Shown one piece after another: positions 9,811 to 17,968 of a stretch of DNA of 64,000 nucleotides (position 1 is its first letter; each line of letters starts with the position of its first letter). Below the pieces are notes generated by a model. The model saw only the letters and a program-made list of their open reading frames with translations. It ran no database searches and was not told the DNA's origin. A program made the position numbers and the translations under genes. Source of the DNA: Verrucomicrobiota bacterium (GTDB lineage Bacteria > Verrucomicrobiota > Verrucomicrobiia > Limisphaerales > SXQI01); assembly GCA_033762115.1 (NCBI GenBank), contig JANRLX010000107.1:1-64000 (forward strand), written 5' to 3'.

Positions 9811-10872
9811 ATGCCTGAAGTGACGCCACTCCTCACATCAACGGCTGTCACGTCAGCGCCCAGTACTCAATCGCACGTTCGCACAAGCCAGCGCCGCTTC
9901 AAGGATTTTCTCGGGTTAAAGCAGGAGCTTCCCCGGCGGAAGCGGCTATGGCTCGCGCTGGCCTCTTTTCTCCTGCCGCTTATCCTCTGGAGCGCGATCA
10001 GCTATTTACCATTCATTTGGCATCCGCTGGTCCGTGTCACACATCCTGGAGCGGTCGATTATTTTACCGAGGGTATGGAACTTCCCCGCGCCGATTTCGA
10101 ACGCGAAGTGGCTGCAATGCGTGCAAAAAATACTGAACCTCCTCGCGGCATCAGGGTGAATCCGGTTTACCTCCCGGCACCCCACCGGGTAGCCCTCGCT
10201 TTTTATTCTGCATTCAAAACGCCCCCCCGCTTGCCGAATGAACCGTGGCTTCACGAAAGCCTTTCACGCAGCATTAAAACGATTTTTTGGGGCTTCCTGC
10301 TTTCCTCAATGATTGGCGTGCCCCTGGGAATCCTCTGCGGCGGCTACCGGTTTTTTGCTCGATTAATGGAGCCGTTCATCGAGTTTTTCCGTTACCTCCC
10401 AGCGCCAGCTTTCGGCGCGCTTTGCGTCGCCATTTTGGGCATCAATGATGCGCCGAAAATCGCCATTATCTTCATCGGAACTTTTTTTCAGCAAGTGCTC
10501 GTCATCGCCAACACCGTTCGGAAAGTGGACCCCGCCCTGATCGAAGCGGCCCAAACTTTGGGCGCGACCGGGTGGCGGCTGGTCCGGCGGGTCATTGTTC
10601 CCGCGTCATTGACCGATATCTACACGGACATGCGCATCCTCCTTGGCTGGGCCTGGACTTACCTGATCGTTGCCGAAGTCGTTGGCTCCACCTCCGGCAT
10701 CACCTATTTCATAAACCAGCAAGCGCGCTATCGAAATTTCGACAATGTCTACGCAGCGATTGGAATGATTGGGCTGATTGGTTTTGGCTCTGATCTTCTT
10801 CTGGCCTGGTTGGGCAAATTTATTTTTCCGTGGAAACGTCGCAGTTCTTCAGCCCAGTCCAGCACAACATGA
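9811..10872 (+). CDS. ABC transporter permease (SsuC/TauC type)
   Basis: Multiple TM segments; EAA loop (LIEAAQTLGA); GWAWTYLIVAEVV. Confidence 0.92.
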   Translation: MPEVTPLLTSTAVTSAPSTQSHVRTSQRRFKDFLGLKQELPRRKRLWLALASFLLPLILWSAISYLPFIWHPLVRVTHPGAVDYFTEGMELPRADFEREVAAMRAKNTEPPRGIRVNPVYLPAPHRVALAFYSAFKTPPRLPNEPWLHESLSRSIKTIFWGFLLSSMIGVPLGILCGGYRFFARLMEPFIEFFRYLPAPAFGALCVAILGINDAPKIAIIFIGTFFQQVLVIANTVRKVDPALIEAAQTLGATGWRLVRRVIVPASLTDIYTDMRILLGWAWTYLIVAEVVGSTSGITYFINQQARYRNFDNVYAAIGMIGLIGFGSDLLLAWLGKFIFPWKRRSSSAQSSTT

Positions 10873-11762
10873 GTCAAACTGTACCATTCGCGATTCAACC
10901 TGCTGGAGTTGTCGCACATCGATTCGCTGCTATTCGCCAACGTCCAGTCATTCTTACTGTTCGCGATCTCGAAAAAAATTATCACGCCGGTGATCAACAC
11001 CGCACCGTTTTTTCAGGTGTGAACCTCCAGGTGCATCGCCGCGAATTTATTACTGTCATTGGTCCGTCAGGATGCGGTAAATCAACCCTGATTCGCATCG
11101 TGGCCGGATTGGATGAGCCGTCCGGGGGAGAGATTCTATTGGAAAACCAACCGATCATTGGTCCCGGACCCGACCGGGGCATGGTTTTTCAAGGCTACAC
11201 TTTGTTTCCCTGGCTAACAGTCAAACGGAATGTGATGTTCGGCCTGGAAATAGCCCAGCGTAGCAGCACCGCCGCGGAGGAAGAGGCACGCAGTTGGCTC
11301 GCGATGGTTGGCCTGGAAAAATTCGAGAACTCCTATCCCCACGAACTTTCGGGCGGCATGAAACAGCGCGTTGCTATCGCCCGTGCCCTTGCCAATTCAC
11401 CGCGCATACTCATCATGGATGAGCCGTTCGGTGCGCTTGACGCTCAAACTCGCGCCCAAATGCAAAGTTACCTGTTGCAAATCTGGCGCAAGGTGGATGT
11501 TACCATCCTCTTCATCACCCATGATCTGGACGAAGCGATTTATCTGTCTGACCGCATTGTGGTGATGGGCACCAATCCGGGACGAATCATCGAAATTATC
11601 GAAAACCCGGTGCCCCGGCCTCGTAACGTGCAGCAATTTTTTTCCCCTGAATTCCGGGCTTTAAAAGAACATCTTGAATTGATCATTCATCCCTGTGTGG
11701 CAGCGACCGAAGAAAGACTTCCTTTGGCTCGGCTCGCCCATGCCGGGGACGACGTTGAGTAA
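10869..11762 (+). CDS. ABC transporter ATP-binding protein
   Basis: GPSGCGKST, LSGGMKQR and MDEPFGALD motifs. ATG at 10869 overlaps the permease stop. Confidence 0.94.
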   Translation: MSQTVPFAIQPAGVVAHRFAAIRQRPVILTVRDLEKNYHAGDQHRTVFSGVNLQVHRREFITVIGPSGCGKSTLIRIVAGLDEPSGGEILLENQPIIGPGPDRGMVFQGYTLFPWLTVKRNVMFGLEIAQRSSTAAEEEARSWLAMVGLEKFENSYPHELSGGMKQRVAIARALANSPRILIMDEPFGALDAQTRAQMQSYLLQIWRKVDVTILFITHDLDEAIYLSDRIVVMGTNPGRIIEIIENPVPRPRNVQQFFSPEFRALKEHLELIIHPCVAATEERLPLARLAHAGDDVE

Positions 11763-11830
11763 AGCTCCTAAAAAAGGCGGAAGCACGTGTGAAACTGAAA
11801 GTGCTGTCCTGAAACCGCCAATACAATCTG

Positions 11831-12373
11831 TCAACGGGCTGGCGCCTCGGTGAGATCCTTGAGTTTTGCGGAAAATTGTTCGTAGGAAAAACGGTCGCCG
11901 TTACTTTTGCCAATATAGCGGAATACCTCTTTTCCCTCTCCATTCAAAAGCACCAATGCTGGGAAATGCACCGTCTGCCCATGAAATTTATAGCCGTCAG
12001 GAATATTGAACTCCTTTGCCAGCTTCGCGTCGGGATCCCGGTAGATGTTCAATTTCGGCAAATCATCTCCCAGTTTGCCAGCCCATTGGCTGATCTCCGC
12101 CTCTGTATCCGGCTTAAGAAATATATGGATGACACGTGAATCGCCTGCAGTTTTTTGTGCATAATCCTGCGTGTGGCGGATGCAGTAAGGGCACTCGGTT
12201 TTCAGCAGGAAGTGTAGAGCCACGAACTTCCCTTTCGCCTCGGAGAGCTTGAAGACGTTCGTTCCTGTAGCACTCTGAACTAAGAACTCTTTTGGATTGG
12301 CAAAACCAGGCCGTGCGCCAGCCAGCATTAACAGAATCAGGCCGAGTTTTGCAAAACGTGAAAAATTGATCAT
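11831..12373 (-). CDS. Exported thioredoxin-fold redoxin (AhpC/TSA-like, CxxC)
   Basis: Signal peptide, KLSEAKGKFVALHF, ECPYC and cis-Pro HFPA motif. Confidence 0.8.
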   Translation of the reverse strand: MINFSRFAKLGLILLMLAGARPGFANPKEFLVQSATGTNVFKLSEAKGKFVALHFLLKTECPYCIRHTQDYAQKTAGDSRVIHIFLKPDTEAEISQWAGKLGDDLPKLNIYRDPDAKLAKEFNIPDGYKFHGQTVHFPALVLLNGEGKEVFRYIGKSNGDRFSYEQFSAKLKDLTEAPAR

Positions 12374-12396
12374 AAAATTGTCCGTTGTTGTGAGTG

Positions 12397-12423
12397 AGTC
12401 GCTGATGATTACCAAAACTTACA
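12397..12423 (-). promoter_or_regulatory. ECF-type promoter motif, copy 1
   Basis: Minus strand TGTAAG-N15-GCGACT, about 24 nt upstream of the redoxin ATG. Confidence 0.7.
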
Positions 12424-12433
12424 CAAAAAAATT

Positions 12434-12736
12434 TTACTTTTCGGACTTTAACCGCTCCTTGATACGTTGCCTGGCTTCAGGTGGAAACGCTTGGCGTGAA
12501 GGGGCTTCATCATGCGTCTTGTCTTTGTGAGCCACTGAACGAATAAAAACGATCTGCTTTCCATACCGGCGACACCATCGGCATAACGCCAGATGGATGC
12601 GCAATCCCAGGAACTTCCGCGCGGGCAGCGAGGTATCCAACGCTTGTGACTGCAATCGCGTAGCCTCCCGGCAACCGGGCGAAATCTCCGATGCCCATTC
12701 CGCAAGGGACTTCAGCATTCTGGCGAACAGATTCAT
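12434..12736 (-). CDS. zf-HC2 (ZAS) anti-sigma factor-like protein 2
   Basis: CREATRLQS...LRIHLALCRWCRRY (HxxxCxxC). Confidence 0.85.
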   Translation of the reverse strand: MNLFARMLKSLAEWASEISPGCREATRLQSQALDTSLPARKFLGLRIHLALCRWCRRYGKQIVFIRSVAHKDKTHDEAPSRQAFPPEARQRIKERLKSEK

Positions 12737-12773
12737 GGCTTCTTGGCGGAGGTGAACACATTCTCCCTGGGTT

Positions 12774-12801
12774 AGTCGCATTCCCTGGCCCCGACCTTAC
12801 A
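12774..12801 (-). promoter_or_regulatory. ECF-type promoter motif, copy 2
   Basis: Minus strand TGTAAG-N16-GCGACT upstream of anti-sigma 2, overlapping the stop of anti-sigma 1. Confidence 0.6.
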
Positions 12802-13111
12802 TCACAGTCGCCAGGTTTTTTCGTACCTCGGCTTTCATCCGGCTTTTCGCCTCGAAACTCAGCACCCGTTCCGGCATTCCTTCCGGCAGCATCTCCACTC
12901 TGGCCGCGTGTTCATGCAAAAAATTGACCTGCTTGAAATACCGCCGACACCACGCGCAAATCACAAAATGCAACCGCATTTTGAGCCGCATTCTAAGCGA
13001 GCACTTTTTCTCCAATGTCTGCGACGTGAGTCGAGCCATCTCCACGCATGTCGGCGTGTGATTCCAGACCCAGAACACGAAACGCGTTTTGAAAGAGGCA
13101 ATGAAACTCAT
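12797..13111 (-). CDS. zf-HC2 (ZAS) anti-sigma factor-like protein 1
   Basis: CVEMARLTS...MRLHFVICAWCRRY. ATG overlaps the sigma-factor stop. Confidence 0.85.
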   Translation of the reverse strand: MSFIASFKTRFVFWVWNHTPTCVEMARLTSQTLEKKCSLRMRLKMRLHFVICAWCRRYFKQVNFLHEHAARVEMLPEGMPERVLSFEAKSRMKAEVRKNLATVM

Positions 13112-13728
13112 TTCGTTCCCTCCTTGTTGCCGAACCAGTTGGTTTCCAGGCAACGCCGCAACGCCATGCGCGCACGATGCAGCATCACCCACAAATTGTT
13201 CTCCGAGATGTTCAGTATCGCGCAGATTTCCTTGCTTTCAATGCCATCCACCTCGCGCAGGGTGAACACTGTCGCGATATTTTTTGGCAGTTTGTTCGTG
13301 CAATCGCGATACGTCCGCCAGAACATCTCATTGTCAAGGCTCGCGCCCGGACTGTCCCATTCCTGCGGGCCAGCTTCATGAATCCAGGCGTCCTTGAACA
13401 TCCCGTCCGGAACGAACCGGTCGCTTTCCTCCTCCTTGTAAAACTCCAGATCGGTGAACGCAGTCTCGCGGGCTGTCTTGCGGTAATGATCGAAAATTTT
13501 GTTTTTCAAAATGCCGACCAACCAACTCTTTTCCGCGCTGCGACCTTGAAAATTCTTACCCCCTTTAAGCGCTGCGAGAAACGTCTCCTGCACGACATCC
13601 TCAGCTTTGAGCGGGTCGCGCAAACGTGACAACGCATACTTGAATAGATAATCGCCGTGATCATCCACCCAACGTTCAGGATCGGATAGCTCGGCAGCAG
13701 GTGTGGGATGTGCGATTTCTTCAGGCAT
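13108..13728 (-). CDS. ECF RNA polymerase sigma factor
   Basis: Region 2 (AEDVVQETFLAA, WLVGILKNKIFD) and region 4 (EICAILNISENNLWVMLHRARMALR). Confidence 0.95.
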   Translation of the reverse strand: MPEEIAHPTPAAELSDPERWVDDHGDYLFKYALSRLRDPLKAEDVVQETFLAALKGGKNFQGRSAEKSWLVGILKNKIFDHYRKTARETAFTDLEFYKEEESDRFVPDGMFKDAWIHEAGPQEWDSPGASLDNEMFWRTYRDCTNKLPKNIATVFTLREVDGIESKEICAILNISENNLWVMLHRARMALRRCLETNWFGNKEGTK

Positions 13729-13930
13729 CTTGCTTCGGGCGAGAACAGAATGCCAAGTTGTCGCCAGTGATGCAAAATTCTTATTTTGCCAGAAATACCG
13801 CTCCCCACGCCCCCCTCCGCCGCAGAAATACCCACCTGACGGTTAAGCATCATTCTTCAATAAGAATATTAATTAATTATTGTGGCGTATCGTGACCTCA
13901 CAGCGGTTCTCCACATGCCGACAATTTTTT

Positions 13931-13957
13931 TGTAAGGACTTTTCAACCCGCGCGACT
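13931..13957 (+). promoter_or_regulatory. ECF-type promoter motif, copy 3
   Basis: TGTAAG-N15-GCGACT ending about 10 nt before the YHS gene ATG. Confidence 0.72.
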
Positions 13958-13966
13958 TACCCGCGT

Positions 13967-14419
13967 ATGAAACGATTGTTTACACTAGCACTCCTGCTGA
14001 CGGCCACGCTACCCGTGTTCGCCCAGGGCAAGTCATTACTCAACCTCGATAAATCGGGCATCGCAATCCAGGGCTACGATCCCGTTGCGTTCTTTACCGA
14101 CAACAAACCAATAAAAGGCGATGCCAGGTTCCCGTTCCGATATAACGGGGCAACCTATTGGTTCGCTTCCAGGGAAAATCGTGACCTGTTCAAGGCCGAC
14201 TCGGCAAAGTATGAGCCGCTGTTCGGTGGTTATTGCGCCTTCGGTGTCTCGAAGGGCAAACTTGTGGAGATCGATGTAGACGCGTTCCAGATCGTTGATG
14301 GAAAACTTCTGCTGCAATACAGCAAGGGTGTCCGCGGCGATTTCAACAAGGACACCCAGGGCAACCTCGCCAGGGCCACGGCCAACTGGCCAGCGCTTGT
14401 GGAGAAAAAAGGAAAATGA
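13967..14419 (+). CDS. Exported YHS-domain protein
   Basis: Signal peptide; AIQGYDPVAFF, YWFASRENRDLF and PLFGGYCAFG motifs. Confidence 0.9.
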   Translation: MKRLFTLALLLTATLPVFAQGKSLLNLDKSGIAIQGYDPVAFFTDNKPIKGDARFPFRYNGATYWFASRENRDLFKADSAKYEPLFGGYCAFGVSKGKLVEIDVDAFQIVDGKLLLQYSKGVRGDFNKDTQGNLARATANWPALVEKKGK

Positions 14420-14868
14420 AAGCGAACTCTCACACCGATTGTGGCTGCGTCCTGACGCCGCGTAAAAAGGAACAATTCCCCACGAAGGTGCTCGTTACCA
14501 GTTGGATCTGCCGCATCGTTGCGGCGTTGATTCTGCTCCAGACGCTCTACTTCAAATTTACTGGTGCGCCGGAATCCATCTACATCTTCACGAAAGTTGG
14601 ACTCGAGCCGTGGGGGCGCTATGGGAGCGGCGTGGCTGAATTGTTTGCCGCAGTGTTGCTGCTTTTGCCCCGGACTGCATGGCTCGGCGCCTTGCTAGCG
14701 GCGGGCGTGATGGCAGGTGCGGTTGGCAGCCACCTCACCAAACTTGGCATTGTGGTGCAGAATGATGGTGGATTGCTCTTCGCGCTGGCGATGATTGTGT
14801 TGACGACTTCACTTGCCACCGCCTACGTTCACCGTCATCAGATCCCTTTGATCGGGGATAGGCTGTGA
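14416..14868 (+). CDS. DoxX family membrane protein
   Basis: LLQTLYFKFTGAPESIYIF, EPWGR and GAVGSHLT motifs; about 4 TM segments. Confidence 0.88.
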   Translation: MKANSHTDCGCVLTPRKKEQFPTKVLVTSWICRIVAALILLQTLYFKFTGAPESIYIFTKVGLEPWGRYGSGVAELFAAVLLLLPRTAWLGALLAAGVMAGAVGSHLTKLGIVVQNDGGLLFALAMIVLTTSLATAYVHRHQIPLIGDRL

Positions 14869-15422
14869 ACTTGCTTTCCGCCATGAAAAACGACAACCGT
14901 GAATCCCTGGAACTCATTCAAGCCGTCCTCGAAACGCTGAGCCAGGGCGAAGCGCTGCTCGGCCAGATCAGTGACGAAACCTACGTGCGCAAATTGCCCG
15001 TCGCCTTCAACGCCTCAGTGGGGGGCCATTACCGCCATTGCCTTGACCATTTCCGCAGCCTGCTCGCATCCGCGGCAGCGGGCGATTTGGATTATGACCA
15101 GCGCGAACGCGGCACATGGATCGAGAACGACCGCTTCGCGGCACTCAATGCCACTCGCGAGTTGCGTCGCGGCTACGAGGAACTCGACACCGGACTGCTC
15201 TCGCGCCCTCTGGCTGTAAAGGGCAAAACGAGTTACGCCGCGAGCGGTTCGCAGATCTCCCCATCGACCGTGGGCCGCGAGACCATGTATGCCGTTGCGC
15301 ATGCGGTGCATCATTATGCGCTCATCGGCATCATGGCCGGGTTGATGGGCGTGCCGCTGCCTGCCGGTTTCGGCGTCGCTCCGAGCACGATCAGGTATCA
15401 GGAGGAAATCGCCAAAGCCTGA
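14865..15422 (+). CDS. DinB superfamily protein
   Basis: GGHYRHCLDH and HAVHHYA His motifs; GFGVAPST tail. Confidence 0.85.
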   Translation: MNLLSAMKNDNRESLELIQAVLETLSQGEALLGQISDETYVRKLPVAFNASVGGHYRHCLDHFRSLLASAAAGDLDYDQRERGTWIENDRFAALNATRELRRGYEELDTGLLSRPLAVKGKTSYAASGSQISPSTVGRETMYAVAHAVHHYALIGIMAGLMGVPLPAGFGVAPSTIRYQEEIAKA

Positions 15423-15480
15423 TCTTCTCTCATCCTTCCAAACCAAAGCAGCAATCACGGGCGACAATGGAAAAATCGAG

Positions 15481-17112
15481 ATGAGCGAAGCGGTGCCTTT
15501 AACATCGCCCGCAGAATGGATGCCCTTCGCGACGGCATTTGGGTTTTTTCTGGCCACGTTTATCCTCGAAGATGTCGCGGCAGTGGGTGCGGGGCTGCTT
15601 CTTGCCACGGGACAAATCTCCTGGCCTGCAGCGTTCCTTGCCTGTTTTCTTGGCATCTGGATGGGAGATGCAGGACTTTATGCGCTTGCCCGCTGGGCTG
15701 GACGCGGCTGGTTTGAACGATCCTCGCTTAAAAAGTTTTCCCGAAAGGTTGCTGAGAGCGAACGTTGGTTCGACGAACGTGGCACCGTGATTCTTGTTTT
15801 CAGCCGGATGATTCCCGGCGCACGGTTGCCAACTTATCTGGCCGCAGGTTTTTTACGCCTGCCCCTGCCACGATTCCTGCTTGTGACTGGAATTGCATCC
15901 TGTGTGTGGACGCTCATTGTACTTTCACTCGCGCAAACGTTCGGCAACCAGCTCAGCATATGGCTTGGACAATACAAACATGGCGGATTCATCCTCTGCG
16001 GTATTGCAGTGGCGTTGTTTGTGGTGTTGCAGCTGGCGCGACGTAAAATGAGAAGCGTTGAAGTTCGCCACATCCGGGCACGCATTGCCCGCTGGACGCA
16101 GTGGGAATTCTGGCCAGCATGGTTGTTCTATCCGCCAGTGGCGCTCTATTGCCTCTGGCTGGCCATCAGGTATCGCGGACTGACCCTGCCAACGGCGGCA
16201 AACCCAGGTATTTTTTCCGGAGGAATCGTCGGCGAATCCAAACACCAGATGCTTAAGCAACTGTTCCTGACCAGCCCTGAGTTCACCGCTGAAGCCAGGT
16301 TCATTGCGGTTGGAAGGGCAGGGGAACGAATGCGCCAGCTTGAGCCAATGCTCCTTCAGCCGTTCATCCTCAAACCGGACATGGGCCAGCGCGGCGTCGG
16401 CATCAAATTAATCCGCACTCATCAGCAGGCAGAAGAATATCTTCGGCAAACCGATGCCCCCCTGGTGGCACAACGCTACGCGCCCGGACCGCATGAGGCC
16501 GGAATTTTTTATTATCGCTTCCCGAATGAAACCCACGGTCGGATTTTCGCCATTACGGAGAAGATTTTTCCAAAAATCATCGGTGATGGACGAAGCACAA
16601 TCGCCGAGCTAATTGAACTCGATCCGCGCGCTTCCATCATCGCTGAGAAATACCTCGCTCGCTTTGCCGCACGTCACGATGAAGTGCTTGCACTCGGCGA
16701 AGAACTGAAACTGGTCGAAGCTGGCAATCATGCCCAGGGGTGCATTTTTCGTGATGGGATGCGCCTTTGGACCACGGAACTGGAGGCGCGTATCGACGAA
16801 ATTTCGCGCAAGCTCGATGGCTTTTTCATCGGGCGCTACGACATCCGGTTTACCAGCGAGGATGATCTTTGCGCCGGAAGGAATTTCCTCATTATTGAAC
16901 TCAACGGCGCTGCATCTGAAGCCACGAGCATTTATGATGCTCGCAATTCACTCTGGTCGGCCTACCGCACTCTCTTCAGGCAATGGGGCACAGTCTTTGC
17001 CATTGGTTCCGCCAACCGCCTGCGCGGCGTCACGCCCATGAAAGTGGCGGAGGTCTGGCGGGCCTGGCGGGATTACACAAAACTATCTGCGAGCTATCCG
17101 TCAGCCGACTGA
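15481..17112 (+). CDS. DedA/VTT membrane domain fused to an ATP-grasp ligase domain
   Basis: N-terminal TFILED, GDAGLY and SRMIPGARLPTYLAAG (DedA). C-terminal WEFWP, ILKPDMGQRGVGI, GRYDIR and IIELNG (ATP-grasp). Confidence 0.85.
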   Translation: MSEAVPLTSPAEWMPFATAFGFFLATFILEDVAAVGAGLLLATGQISWPAAFLACFLGIWMGDAGLYALARWAGRGWFERSSLKKFSRKVAESERWFDERGTVILVFSRMIPGARLPTYLAAGFLRLPLPRFLLVTGIASCVWTLIVLSLAQTFGNQLSIWLGQYKHGGFILCGIAVALFVVLQLARRKMRSVEVRHIRARIARWTQWEFWPAWLFYPPVALYCLWLAIRYRGLTLPTAANPGIFSGGIVGESKHQMLKQLFLTSPEFTAEARFIAVGRAGERMRQLEPMLLQPFILKPDMGQRGVGIKLIRTHQQAEEYLRQTDAPLVAQRYAPGPHEAGIFYYRFPNETHGRIFAITEKIFPKIIGDGRSTIAELIELDPRASIIAEKYLARFAARHDEVLALGEELKLVEAGNHAQGCIFRDGMRLWTTELEARIDEISRKLDGFFIGRYDIRFTSEDDLCAGRNFLIIELNGAASEATSIYDARNSLWSAYRTLFRQWGTVFAIGSANRLRGVTPMKVAEVWRAWRDYTKLSASYPSAD

Positions 17113-17113
17113 C

Positions 17114-17842
17114 ATGTGCACCGTGACCTTCATCGCACGCAAGCGCGGTTACGCCCTTGGCATGAACCGTGATGAAAAATTGTCACGCCTCACCGGGCGA
17201 CCTCCGAACAAAAAAATCCTGGACGGTCACGTCATCATTTCACCCTCCGAACCCGGAGGTGGAACCTGGATTGCCTTGAATGACTGTAGAGTGAGCTACG
17301 CGCTTATCAACTGGTACTCCATCACCACGCGCGTTGTCGATAATGCGGTTAGTCGGGGTGAAGTGGTCAATTCAGTCAGCGCCGCTATTTCACCCGACGT
17401 TGCTGATATTGCCCTTCAAAGGTTGCCGCTTTACCGGATCAACCCTTTCCGCCTTGTGGGAATTTTTCCGGCCACCAGCGAAATCGTTGAATGGCGCTGG
17501 AACTTGCAAAAACTGATTCGAAAAGTTCATCATTGGAACACTCAGCAATGGATTTCATCAGGCTTCAATGAACGGACTGCGCAACGCGTGCGTGGCAAAA
17601 CATTTCAGCAAGCGCTTGATCAACGCTCTGCAGGCGGCATGGACTGGCTGCGCCGATTGCATCGTTCTCATCTTCCGCAAAGCGGCCCTTTTTCGACTTG
17701 CATGCACCGAGCGGATGCCGCAACTGTCAGCTACACCGAAATTATTGTTTTACCTCGCACAGCCACAATGCGCTACCACGCAGGACCGCCATGCGCTGCA
17801 AAACAAGCCCACGCCGAGATCTTCAATTCCCTCCTCCAGTAG
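17114..17842 (+). CDS. NRDE/TANGO2 family Ntn-hydrolase-like protein
   Basis: MCTVTF N-terminal Cys, MNRDE, GGTWI and SRG motifs. Confidence 0.9.
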   Translation: MCTVTFIARKRGYALGMNRDEKLSRLTGRPPNKKILDGHVIISPSEPGGGTWIALNDCRVSYALINWYSITTRVVDNAVSRGEVVNSVSAAISPDVADIALQRLPLYRINPFRLVGIFPATSEIVEWRWNLQKLIRKVHHWNTQQWISSGFNERTAQRVRGKTFQQALDQRSAGGMDWLRRLHRSHLPQSGPFSTCMHRADAATVSYTEIIVLPRTATMRYHAGPPCAAKQAHAEIFNSLLQ

Positions 17843-17968
17843 TCCACAGAGTGGAGCATTGAAAACGTTTTGCTCCGAAAGGCCTTGAGTGCATCTCTTG
17901 CTCAGGGGAACCCGGATGGACGCTCCCTTGAAATTTTTGAATAATAGCTGGATTGTCGTTTCTGATTA

